Below, one piece after another: positions 10,740 through 20,485 of a DNA stretch of 64,000 nucleotides. Each line of letters starts with the position of its first letter. Within the stretch, counting starts at the first letter, position 1. Position numbers and translations under genes: made by a program. The notes under the pieces are model-generated. The model was not told the DNA's origin and made no database searches. It worked only from the letters and a program-made list of their open reading frames with translations. This DNA comes from an uncultured delta proteobacterium (GTDB taxonomy: Bacteria > Myxococcota_A > Polyangia > Palsa-1104): positions 30,345 to 94,344 of the forward strand of contig CAWAWS010000037.1 in NCBI GenBank assembly GCA_963785725.1, read 5' to 3'.

Positions 10740-11896
10740 TCCGCGTCGGCTTTCAGCCCATCGGCGGCGCCGGCTGGCTCGGCGGTCGCAATTACCTGTG
10801 GAATCTCCTGTACGGCCTATCGCTGCTCGATGATCGGCACATCGAGCCCGTGCTCATGAGCGCGCCCGGCGACGCCAAGGAGCTGCTGCTGCCCGGCGTC
10901 GTCCACTTCCCACGCGCCGGCCGGCTGGCGTCGCCGTGGGCGCGCCGCGCCGGCACGGCGACGATGCGCCTCTTCGGCCGCGACCTCGTGCAGGACCGCT
11001 GGCTGCGCCGGGCGCGCGTCGACGCCTATTCGCACGGTCCGCCGCTCGGTCGTCGCACCGGCGTGCCTTACGTCTTCTGGATCCCCGACGCGCAGCATCG
11101 GCGGTTGCCGGCGCTCTTCAGCGCCTTCGAGCGCCGCGAGCGCGACATCGCCTTCGAGATCGCGCTCGACAGCGCCGCCGCCGTCATCACCAGCAGCGAG
11201 GCCGCGCGCGGCGATCTGGTGCGCGCGTACGGCCGCAAAGCCGACCGCGTGCGCGTCCTGCACTTCGTCTCCAGCCCGCGCGTCGACCTCGCTCAATTGC
11301 CGACCAAAGCCGAGCTGACCGCGCGTTTTCAGCTGCGACCGCGCTATTTCCACCTGCCGAATCAGTTTTGGCCGCACAAGAATCACGCGCTGGTCCTCGA
11401 CGCGTTGGCGCAGCTGACGACGCGCGCGCCCGACATCACCGTCGTCACCACCGGCGCCAAGGACGCGCGCAATCCGCAGCACTTCGACGCGCTCATGGCC
11501 CAGGCGGCGAAGCTCGGCCTCGGCGATCGCTTCCGCCACTTGGGCCTCGTCTCTTACGACGAGCTGATCGCGCTCATGCTGCATTCGGTCGCCGTCTTGA
11601 ATCCGTCGCTGTTCGAAGGCTGGTCGAGCAGCGTCGAAGAGGCGCGCTCGCTCGGCAAGCGCGTGCTCCTGTCCGATATCGACACCCATCGCGAGCAGGC
11701 GCCGGCGCGCGGTCGATATTTCGCCAGCGACGACGCGGCGGCGCTGGCCGAGCTGCTCGTCGCCGCCTGGCAGTCGTACGACGAGGCCGCCGAAGTGCGC
11801 GCCATCGCCGACGCGGCCGCCGCGCTGCCCGGCCGCGTGCGCGCGTTCGGCCGCGCCTACCAAGACATCGTCGTCGCCGCGCTCAAGCGGTCATGA
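10736..11896 (+). CDS. GT4 glycosyltransferase
   Basis: WLGGRNY, IPDAQH, PNQFWPHKNH, PSLFEGWSSSVEEA. Confidence 0.88.
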   Translation: MIRVGFQPIGGAGWLGGRNYLWNLLYGLSLLDDRHIEPVLMSAPGDAKELLLPGVVHFPRAGRLASPWARRAGTATMRLFGRDLVQDRWLRRARVDAYSHGPPLGRRTGVPYVFWIPDAQHRRLPALFSAFERRERDIAFEIALDSAAAVITSSEAARGDLVRAYGRKADRVRVLHFVSSPRVDLAQLPTKAELTARFQLRPRYFHLPNQFWPHKNHALVLDALAQLTTRAPDITVVTTGAKDARNPQHFDALMAQAAKLGLGDRFRHLGLVSYDELIALMLHSVAVLNPSLFEGWSSSVEEARSLGKRVLLSDIDTHREQAPARGRYFASDDAAALAELLVAAWQSYDEAAEVRAIADAAAALPGRVRAFGRAYQDIVVAALKRS

Positions 11897-13308
11897 AGTT
11901 TCTCTTCGCCTGCATTTACGCCGATACGCCGCACTTCGAGACCGAGCTCGAGCTGATGGCCGACTTATTGTCACGCGGACATGAAGTCCACGTCCTGCGC
12001 TGCACCAGCCAGCTCGCCGCCTGCGTCAAGAATCCGCTGCATCTGCCCAGTCGCTGCATGGTCTGCGTCTCGAAGATCGACGCCGGTTTGAAGATGCTGG
12101 CGAGCCCGCGCTTGGCGATCGAGACCTTGCCGCCGTCGCCGCTCGAGCCGCGCTTGCCGGCGCGCTTCGCCGATGTCGACGCGCTCAAGCACTACGTCAT
12201 CGACGGCGCCAACCTCGGCCGCGGCGTCTATTCCAGCTTGAGCACGCGGCTCGACAAGAACACGCGCTTCGACACCGTCGCGCACGCCGTCGACGTGCGC
12301 CGCGAGCTCGAGTCGGCGTGGGCCATGTTCGACGCCACGCGCCGCACGATCGCGCGCGAACGGCCGGCCGCCGTCTATCTATTCAACGGCCGCTTCTCGA
12401 CGTCTTTCGCGGTCTTGGAAGCGAGCCGCTTGGCCGGCGTCGACTATTACACGCACGAGCGCGGCGGCTCGATCGACCGCTACATGGTGCGCAAGAACGC
12501 GCTGCCGCACAATCTGGCCGCGCATTGGCAGGACATCGCCGACGTCTGGGCCGCCGGCGGCGCGGATAAAGACGCGCGCGGCCGCGCTTGGTTCGCCGGT
12601 CGTCGCGCCGGCTCCGAAGACAGCTGGCTGTCGTTCACCAAGACGCAATCGGTCGGCAAGCTCCCCGACGGCTTCGACCCGCGTAAACACAACATCGCCG
12701 TCTTCAATTCGACGATGGAAGAATATGCGTCGATAACCGATTGGGAATCCCCGTTTTATGGCGACGAAGCGTTGGGCCTGAAGCGCGTCGTCGAGTCCTT
12801 GGCGGGCGATCCGAATACGCATGTCTATCTGCGCGTTCATCCCAATCTGAGGAACATTCCCCGCGCCGGTAATTATCAATTGGCGATCTATTCCGCGCTC
12901 GAACGGACGTCGCCGCATGTGACGATCATCTGGCCGGAGAGCCCGATTCATACCTATGCGCTGCTCGACGCCTGCAACGTGACGTTGACGTTCGGTTCGA
13001 CGATCGGCGCCGAGGCGTGCTTTTGGGGCAAGCCGAGCATCTTGGGCGGTCGCGCCATCTACGAGCCGCTCGATTGCAGCTATATTCCGCGCGACCACGA
13101 GGAGTTGCTCGCGCTCGTGCGCCAGCCGCCGGCGGCGAAGCCGATCGACGGCGCCATTCGTTACGGCTATTGGGAGACGGTGCGCGGCACTTTACATCAG
13201 CGTTATCGCGCCACCGGCCTGTTCAGCGGCGAATTCCAAGGTCGCGCCAATCGTCCGCGCTTGGGCGCGCAGCTGGCATCGTCGCTGCTGTGGCGCCTCG
13301 GTGAATAA
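11893..13308 (+). CDS. Capsule-biosynthesis (KpsS-like) GT-B protein, candidate nonulosonate transferase
   Basis: FNGRF, HERG, RVHPN, GSTIGAEACFWGKP; N-terminal 4-Cys cluster; ATGA overlap with the GT4. Confidence 0.6.
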   Translation: MKFLFACIYADTPHFETELELMADLLSRGHEVHVLRCTSQLAACVKNPLHLPSRCMVCVSKIDAGLKMLASPRLAIETLPPSPLEPRLPARFADVDALKHYVIDGANLGRGVYSSLSTRLDKNTRFDTVAHAVDVRRELESAWAMFDATRRTIARERPAAVYLFNGRFSTSFAVLEASRLAGVDYYTHERGGSIDRYMVRKNALPHNLAAHWQDIADVWAAGGADKDARGRAWFAGRRAGSEDSWLSFTKTQSVGKLPDGFDPRKHNIAVFNSTMEEYASITDWESPFYGDEALGLKRVVESLAGDPNTHVYLRVHPNLRNIPRAGNYQLAIYSALERTSPHVTIIWPESPIHTYALLDACNVTLTFGSTIGAEACFWGKPSILGGRAIYEPLDCSYIPRDHEELLALVRQPPAAKPIDGAIRYGYWETVRGTLHQRYRATGLFSGEFQGRANRPRLGAQLASSLLWRLGE

Positions 13309-13332
13309 GTAAACGCTCGTTTACTTGTCCGC

Positions 13333-14937
13333 CTACTTGGCGCCGCGTAAGAGGCTGCGATAGAGCGTCCAGTGGCCCGCTCTTTTGACCTCGAGCATGC
13401 CGTCGGGCGGCAATACGTCGCGATCTTCGTCGGTGACGATGACGTAGTCCCACGCCTGCAGCATCGTCTCGGCGTGAAACTTGGTCTCGTCGGGTGAATG
13501 AATGGTCTCGGCCGCGCGCGCCACCTTCGGCGCCGGCAATTCGGCGATGCGCTTGATGGGAAAGCCGTCGTCGTACAAATAAGGATCGTAACCGCCGCGA
13601 TAGACGAGCGGATAATTGTAGAGCTCGCGCCAAATCGTCATTTGCGGGGCCAATTCGGGATCTTCGAACGAATGGCCGGGCAAGGTCAGCACGAGCGTGT
13701 TACTGCCGAGCGGCGGCGTTTGAATGAGCGCGATGAGCGGCGCGGCGCGGTTGGAGAAGTCGCGATAATGGCGCGCCATCGCCGGCGGCAGCCAGGCGGA
13801 CGCGACGATCGCCGCCGCCAATATGCCCGCGCGGGCGCCGCGAATCGGGCCGCGCGGGAAAAAGAGCGCCAAGCAGGCGGCCGGCAACAAGAAGCGCTGA
13901 TTGACCATCCACCAATTGAACGGCTGGCGAATCCAAAACGGCGTCGCCAATGACAATGCAATGAAGAGGCAGAACGCGAGCGGAATGCGCAGTCGCTTGC
14001 GCCACGGCTCGTCGCCGTCGCCGCTGTCGCTGACGACGAGGACGAGCAGCGCCAGCATGAGTCCGATGAGGATCCATTCGTCGCGGTTCTCGGTCTGCCA
14101 CCAATTGGTCAGGCTGAGCGCGCGCGACAGCAGCTTGCCCGGCGTATCGGTGACGGCTTCATAACGATGATTGCCGAGATAACCGAACGAGCGCGCTTGC
14201 CGCATCCCGATGGCGAGCATCAATAAAGACGGCGCCATCGCGATCGCCGCCAAGATCGGTCCGCGAAGCCGTTTGGCGGTCAATTCGAAGGCGATGAGCA
14301 CGATCGCGTACAAGCCGAACCCGGCCCAGGGAACGATATGGAACAGATAGAGCGCCGCGCACCACACGCCGACGACGATCGCGCGCGTGCGGCTCGGCGA
14401 ATCGAGCAGTCGATAGAGCGCGGCCAGCGCCGGCAAGAGCAGCATGACGCCGGCGCAAAAGGCGATGAAACCCCATTGGAAATAAATGGAAACGGCTAGC
14501 GGGAGTAAGAGAAACGCGAGATAGGGCGAGCGACCGGTGGCGCGCGCGAACGCCAATCCGCACAGCGGCGTCGCCAGAATATAGGCGACCATGAAGACGA
14601 GATTGGCGCTGATGACGGAGCCGGTGACATAAGCGAGTAAGTGAACGAGATAGAAATGGCCGAGATAAGGGACGAGCTGAATCGAGCGGCGATAATAGGC
14701 GGCGAGGTTCCAGCTCGGGTCGTTCAGGTGATGCAGCGCACTGATGCGCGCCAGATGATTCGGCAGATCGTGCAGCGGCAACAGTCGCGCCGACCACAGC
14801 GGATGCGCGAACCACAGCGCCAGCGGCAGCCAGATCGCCAGCCAAACGGCATGCGTGCGTAGCGTTTGCGCGAGCGCGCGCGCCGTCGATCGGACGCGGC
14901 GGCCCCGGTCGAGCACAGGCTGGTCGTCGGCGGGCAC
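13333..14937 (-). CDS. Polytopic membrane protein, GT-C-like (paralogue A)
   Basis: LPLHDLPNHL first-loop motif, many TM segments, C-terminal GGY..Y..GFP and WDY; GTG 14937 chosen as start because it avoids overlap with the divergent gene. Confidence 0.7.
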   Translation of the reverse strand: MPADDQPVLDRGRRVRSTARALAQTLRTHAVWLAIWLPLALWFAHPLWSARLLPLHDLPNHLARISALHHLNDPSWNLAAYYRRSIQLVPYLGHFYLVHLLAYVTGSVISANLVFMVAYILATPLCGLAFARATGRSPYLAFLLLPLAVSIYFQWGFIAFCAGVMLLLPALAALYRLLDSPSRTRAIVVGVWCAALYLFHIVPWAGFGLYAIVLIAFELTAKRLRGPILAAIAMAPSLLMLAIGMRQARSFGYLGNHRYEAVTDTPGKLLSRALSLTNWWQTENRDEWILIGLMLALLVLVVSDSGDGDEPWRKRLRIPLAFCLFIALSLATPFWIRQPFNWWMVNQRFLLPAACLALFFPRGPIRGARAGILAAAIVASAWLPPAMARHYRDFSNRAAPLIALIQTPPLGSNTLVLTLPGHSFEDPELAPQMTIWRELYNYPLVYRGGYDPYLYDDGFPIKRIAELPAPKVARAAETIHSPDETKFHAETMLQAWDYVIVTDEDRDVLPPDGMLEVKRAGHWTLYRSLLRGAK

Positions 14938-14978
14938 GTGGCCGTTATGCCACAGACCTATGGTAGGCTGCCACGCCG

Positions 14979-16635
14979 ATGGCGGAGCCGACCGGATCAA
15001 ACAGCGTCGACGACGGTGCGCCGGCGCGCGTCGCGACGGTGCCGGCCGGCAAATGGGCGCGTTTGCGCGCGCGGGCGGCGCCGGTTTGGGCCCGCCTGCC
15101 GGCGTCCTGGCGCGCCGTCATCGCGCGCGATCCGCTGCTCTTCGCCGTCTTCGTCGCGCTCTGGAGCTGCGCGCTCTTGCCGATTTGGGTGCCGCGCTTC
15201 TTGCCGCTGCTCGACCTGCCCGACCATCTCGACGCCATCGCCATTTGGCACCGCTACAACCAGCCCGACTGGCGTTATTCGCAATATTACCTGCTCAATA
15301 TCATTCCATTTCCATATTGGGGTTATTTCTTCCCCGTTCATATGCTGGCGTATCTATTCCCAATCGAGATCGCCAATAAGCTTTATTTGTCGGTCTATGC
15401 GCTCTCGTTGCCGCTGTCACTGCTGATTCTCGCGCGCCGTTTCGGTCGCAGCCCGTGGCTGGCGCTGTTCGCGTTCCCGCTCGTCTTCAATATGAATTTC
15501 ACCTACGGCTTCATCACCTTTTGCGCCGGCATCGTCGTCTTGACGTTCGCCCTCGTCGTGCTCGATCGCTTCCTGGAAAACCCGACCCGGAAGCGCGCTT
15601 GGGCTTTGGCGCTCTTGACGCTCGCGCTCTATTCGACCCACGTCTTGCCGTGGCTGTTCTTCGGCGTCGCGTCGATCATCCTCGCCTTTTGCCACGGCTT
15701 TCATCCGCGGCGCATCCTGGCCGCGCTCGCGCTCGAGTTGCCGTCGTTGCTCTTGGCGCTGTACGCATTTCCGCGTTCGCAGCACGGCAAAACCGCGATT
15801 CAACCGGGTCCATTGGAATTCCAAGCCAAGTTCGAAGGCGTGCTCTCGTCGCTGCAGAACGTGCCGACGCGGCTCGTGAGCGGCTGGCCCGGCGATACGC
15901 CGTCTTATCTCTTGCTCGGGCTCGGCCTCGTTTGGCTGACGCTGCTTTTGACCGCGCACGCCGACGAGCACGAGGCGCCGGCCAAAGAGGGCTTCGCCTA
16001 TCGACTCGAGCTCGTCATCGTACTTGGCCGTCGCCGCCTATCTGCTCTTGCCGATGCACCTCTTGAAGCCGGTCGACTTATGGATGATCGGCGGCCGCTT
16101 TCTCACCATCGTCGCGCTGTTCGGCGCCTTGTTGCCGCGCGGTCGGATCGGCGGTTATCGCCGCCTATTGTTCATTCCCGTCATCGCCATATCGATCCTC
16201 TATCCGTCGTTATTGGCGCGAAAATGGCTGCAATTCGATCAGCGCGCGGCCAGCTTCCGCCGGCTGGTGAAGAAGATCGAGCGCGGCTCGTCGACGCTGA
16301 CCATCGTCACCGACAACGGCCTCGACGCCTCCGCCGACGATCAGGCCGCGCCTTACATTCAATTCCACGCCTATGCGCAGTTCCTCGTCGGCGGATATGA
16401 GCCCTGGGCGTTATCCTCCGGTTTCCCCTATTACGAGCGGCCGGGCGTGAGACAGCCGGCGCCGCGCTGGAAACATCCGGAGACGTTCAACTTCGACGCG
16501 CACGGCGCCTACTACGACTACATCCTCACCAAAGCCGAATTCACCAATCACGCCATCTTCGGCCCCGATGACGCCGGCCGCGCGCCGCTCATTGCCACCG
16601 ACGGCGATTGGCGACTGTACAAGGTCCGACATTGA
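14979..16635 (+). CDS. Polytopic membrane protein, GT-C-like (paralogue B), +1 frameshift near 16022
   Basis: LPLLDLPDHL; ORFs 14979-16400 and 16024-16635 join into one protein collinear with paralogues A and C. Confidence 0.7.
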
Positions 16636-18185
16636 CGCGCGATCGGCTGTTCTGGACGATCTTCTGCCTCTTGGCCGTGGCGACGGCGCTGCCGATCTGG
16701 CTCGTCGAATACCTGCCGCTGCTCGATCTGCCCAATCATTTGGCGGCGATCACCGTTTGGCATTATCACGACGATCCCAACTGGCATTTCGCGGAGAATT
16801 ATCAGCTCAACCTCGTGCCGCTGCCCTATTGGGCGCATTACTACACCGTTCACTTACTGACCTATCTCACGCGCTCGGTCGAGCTCGCCAATCGCATCTT
16901 CTTGACCGCCTATGCGTTCGCGGTTCCGACGGGCGCATGGCTGTTCACGCGCCGCTTCAATCGCAGCCATTGGCTTGCTTTGTTCGCGTTCCCATTGGTC
17001 TGGAACTTCAACTTCGCCGACGGCTTCATCGCCTATTGCGCCGGTTTCGCCTGGGTTCCGCTGGTCCTCGTCGTCGTCGATCGCTATTGCGCGCGCCCGA
17101 CCTGGCCGGGCGCGCTCGCCGTCCTCGTCCTCGGCTCGCTCACCTACTTCTTCCATTTACTCGCGTACGCGCTCTTTCTCGTCTGCGGCGGCCTCCTGGT
17201 CTTGGTGCACGAACGTCCATTCTCGCCGCGCGCCTTCGCCGTTCGCGCCTTGCCGGTCTTGTCTTGCTCCGCCGTCGGACTGTGGGCTTTCCGCCACGCC
17301 AATCATATGGAGTTTCATAAGCTCTCCGGCGCCGGCCGCGAGCTCATCCGCGATCCGCTGGCGACGACGCTGGCGAGCACGCCCGAGCGGCTGCTCAACT
17401 TTCTGCCCGGCGCCGTCGACGAATGGCTCGTCGTCGTCTTCATCCTGTGCTGGCTCGGCCTCGCCGTGACCGCCGCGCGCGCGCCGCGCCCTGCCGACGA
17501 CCCGGCGCCGCGCCTGCACGATTGGGGCGTCGAGCTGTGCATGCTGGGCGCGCTCGCGCTCTATGTCGCCGCGCCGCGCTCGATGCGCCATCCGTTCTAT
17601 TGGCACATGATCAACGGCCGCTTCGTCGTCGCCTTGGGCTTCTTCGCGCCGCTGACGTTGCGCGGCCGTATCGACGGTTGGCGCCGCTTGTGGCTCTTGC
17701 CCGTCGCTCTTTTCACGGTCGTCTATGTCGCTTCATTGTCGCGTGCCTTTGTGCTGTTCAATCGACATGCCTATGGGCTCGACGCGCTCGTGGCCGAGAT
17801 TCCCCGCGATAAGTCGGTGTTGACGCTGATCTTGCGGCCGATGGACGATCCGACCGTCAATGTCAGCGCCTTCAATCAGTTCCCGTCTTATGTGCAGATT
17901 CACCATGGCGGCTATAACTTCTACAACTTCTCCGACGGCTTTCCGCTCAAGTACATCAAGCGTATGCCGGCGCCGCCGTGGTCGCACGCCGAGGATTTCA
18001 AGTGGGAGCATCACTCGCGCGGCTGGGACTATTTCCTGACGTTCCGCGAAGGCTGGCAGTTCCGCCCCATGGATGAGCCGGTCGAGCAGGGCAAAGTGCG
18101 CTTGGTGGCCACCAAGGGCGCGTGGAGATTGTACGAGAAGCTGGGCCACGATCCGCCCGATCCGCTGACCGAGCACGAGCCCTAA
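16632..18185 (+). CDS. Polytopic membrane protein, GT-C-like (paralogue C)
   Basis: LPLLDLPNHL, WHMINGRF, GGYNFY..DGFP, WDY; TTGA overlap with paralogue B. Confidence 0.72.
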   Translation: MTRDRLFWTIFCLLAVATALPIWLVEYLPLLDLPNHLAAITVWHYHDDPNWHFAENYQLNLVPLPYWAHYYTVHLLTYLTRSVELANRIFLTAYAFAVPTGAWLFTRRFNRSHWLALFAFPLVWNFNFADGFIAYCAGFAWVPLVLVVVDRYCARPTWPGALAVLVLGSLTYFFHLLAYALFLVCGGLLVLVHERPFSPRAFAVRALPVLSCSAVGLWAFRHANHMEFHKLSGAGRELIRDPLATTLASTPERLLNFLPGAVDEWLVVVFILCWLGLAVTAARAPRPADDPAPRLHDWGVELCMLGALALYVAAPRSMRHPFYWHMINGRFVVALGFFAPLTLRGRIDGWRRLWLLPVALFTVVYVASLSRAFVLFNRHAYGLDALVAEIPRDKSVLTLILRPMDDPTVNVSAFNQFPSYVQIHHGGYNFYNFSDGFPLKYIKRMPAPPWSHAEDFKWEHHSRGWDYFLTFREGWQFRPMDEPVEQGKVRLVATKGAWRLYEKLGHDPPDPLTEHEP

Positions 18186-18213
18186 TTGGTATCATCTGAT
18201 ACTAAATGAGAGC

Positions 18214-19651
18214 TTAGGGAGCCGCTGGTCGCAGTAAGCTCAGCCACGTCTTGGGCGGCTTGAAGGTACCGGTCGGTACCGGTCCGTCGTGAATGACGCG
18301 CAGCGCGGCGACGTCGCTCGACGGCAAGAGCGGCCGGCCGGCGGCGGCGAGCGCGCGCGCGATCATCGGAACATTGCGCTCCGCGTAACCCATGGCGCGC
18401 GCCGCGGCGACGTCGACCAGCGCCGGATCGCGGCCGGCGATCAGTAAGCCGGCCGCGCGCGGCGTCGACGCCAGCGGACCCTCGCCTTCGCCGGCGACGA
18501 GCCCATCGACGAGCGCCAGATAGCGCCGCTGCGGCTTATCGGTCATGAGCCCATTTCGATCGGCATAAAAGAGCACCTGATTGAGGTCGAGCACGGTGCG
18601 CCAAATGGTGTCGTTGCCGTCCCACGAGCCTTCCATGATGTAGCCGTGCAGAAAGCCGTTCTGCGAGCGACCGTCGGAACGCTTGGGCGCGCGCGCAATC
18701 AACGAGTTGTCGAGCGGCAGCGGTAAGCGCTGCAGCTGATTCTCGAAGCGCACCGACCACGGCGGCGGAAAGGGGAACTCGTCGCCGCCTTCATAGGGCA
18801 CGCCGGCCGTATAGTGCGGCAGCCAATACTTTTCATTCGTCAGCCCAATGCACGATTTGAGCGCCAAGGTGACGCCCGATTTCTTATGCGTCTTCAGCTT
18901 GGGAATGTTGATGACGACGTCGGCGTCGAGCAGCGTGCGTGGAATGGAATATTCGTGACGACCGCGCGCGTGGTGCGGCCGCGGCGTCGCTCGATGGGAT
19001 CGGTGAAAACAAAAGCGCGGCGCGCGCTCGGCCACTTCCTCGAAATACGATCGCTCGGCCACGTCGACGACGCGGTAGCCGAGCGGATCGCCCGGCAGAC
19101 GCTCGCGCATCGAGCAGCCCCAAGTTGAGCGAGCGGCCGAAGCGGCGCACGTCGTCGAGCAGCATGCGCGGCACGACCTTGAAGTAGCGAAAGTCGATGA
19201 AGTCGACGTGCCGGCCGCGCGCGGCGTACCAATCGAGCAGGGCGCGCACGCCGAGGCCGGCGACGACGTCCTCCAGGTTGCAGCCTTCGACCGGCGTGTC
19301 GACGACGGTGACGCGGCCGCGCGCACCGGCGGCGCGCAGCGCGTAGTCGATGATCGGCCGCAAGACCGAGCCGTGGGTCGAGCTGCAGGCCAATTTCTCG
19401 CCGCGCAGCTGCTCCTCGAAGTTCTTCGACGTGACGAAGTTGGGCTTGATGAGCACGCGATCGCCCGGCGAAATCAGGTCGCCGAGCGGATTCCACTCGG
19501 GCGTTCCGGCGCGCGCCGCGTCGAGGCCGAGCCCGCGCAGCGCCGCTTCCACCATGGCGTAGACGGGATTGGGCGGATCGAACGGCGCGTCGAGCGCGTA
19601 GCGAATCCCGGGGCGCGAGACGACGACGACGGGCTCGGGCGGCTTGGCCAC
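18214..19651 (-). CDS. DUF362-domain protein, +1 frameshift near 19111
   Basis: PGDRVLIKPNFV, STH, DADVVINIPKLKTHKKSGVTLALK, GNDTIWR, DGLVAGEGEGPL, DPALVD. Confidence 0.8.
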
Positions 19652-19705
19652 GCGCCACGCTAACATGGCCGAAGTCGTGCCGAAACTCGTGATACAACGC
19701 CAGCC

Positions 19706-20485
19706 GTGAGCGCGCCGCCGGTCTCGTTCGTCATTCCCACGCGCAATCAGGCGCAGTTCATCCGCCGCTGCATCGACGACTGCTTGGCGCAGAACATCGC
19801 CGGCGCCGAGATCCTCGTCATCGACGGCAACTCCACGGACGGCACGCAGGAGATCCTGGCCAGCTACGGCGATCGTCTGCGCTTCGTCTCCGAGCGCGAT
19901 CGCGGGCAATCGGACGCCATCAACAAAGGCATTCGCCGGGCGCGCGGCGAGATCATCGCCTGGATCAACTCCGACGATTATTACGCCGACGCCGGCGTGC
20001 TTACGCGCGTGCTCGCCGCGTTCTCCGACGGCGTCGACGTCGTGCACGGCGACGGTATGCTCGTCGACGTCGCCGGCCAGCCGTTCCGCCGCTACGTCAG
20101 CCGCGACCTCGACGGCGGCCGCGCGCTCTTCGCCCATCCGACCGCGGTCGTGCAGTGCTCGGTGTTCTTTCGCCGCCAGCTGTTCCTCGACGTCGGCGCG
20201 CTCGACGAGACGCTGCATTGGGCGATGGACTACGACTTGTGGCTGCGCCTCATGCCGGCCGCTCGTCGTGTCCGCTATCTGCCCGAAGTGCTCTCCTGCG
20301 TGCGCTTTCACGCGGGCGCGAAAACTTACACCGGCATGCTCGAGCAGCTCGCCGAGGTGCGCCGCATTCGCCGGCGCTATCGGCGCGGCCGGCCGTTCGG
20401 CGCCGGCGTCGCCACGCTCGTCGCCGACGCCAAGCTCTACGCTTATTGGGCCGCCGTGCGCCTCGGCCTGCGTCGCGCGTCGTGA
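19706..20485 (+). CDS. GT2 glycosyltransferase (WcaE/WfgS-like)
   Basis: IDGNSTDGT, ERDRGQSDAINKG, WINSDD, MDYDLWLR. Confidence 0.9.
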   Translation: MSAPPVSFVIPTRNQAQFIRRCIDDCLAQNIAGAEILVIDGNSTDGTQEILASYGDRLRFVSERDRGQSDAINKGIRRARGEIIAWINSDDYYADAGVLTRVLAAFSDGVDVVHGDGMLVDVAGQPFRRYVSRDLDGGRALFAHPTAVVQCSVFFRRQLFLDVGALDETLHWAMDYDLWLRLMPAARRVRYLPEVLSCVRFHAGAKTYTGMLEQLAEVRRIRRRYRRGRPFGAGVATLVADAKLYAYWAAVRLGLRRAS

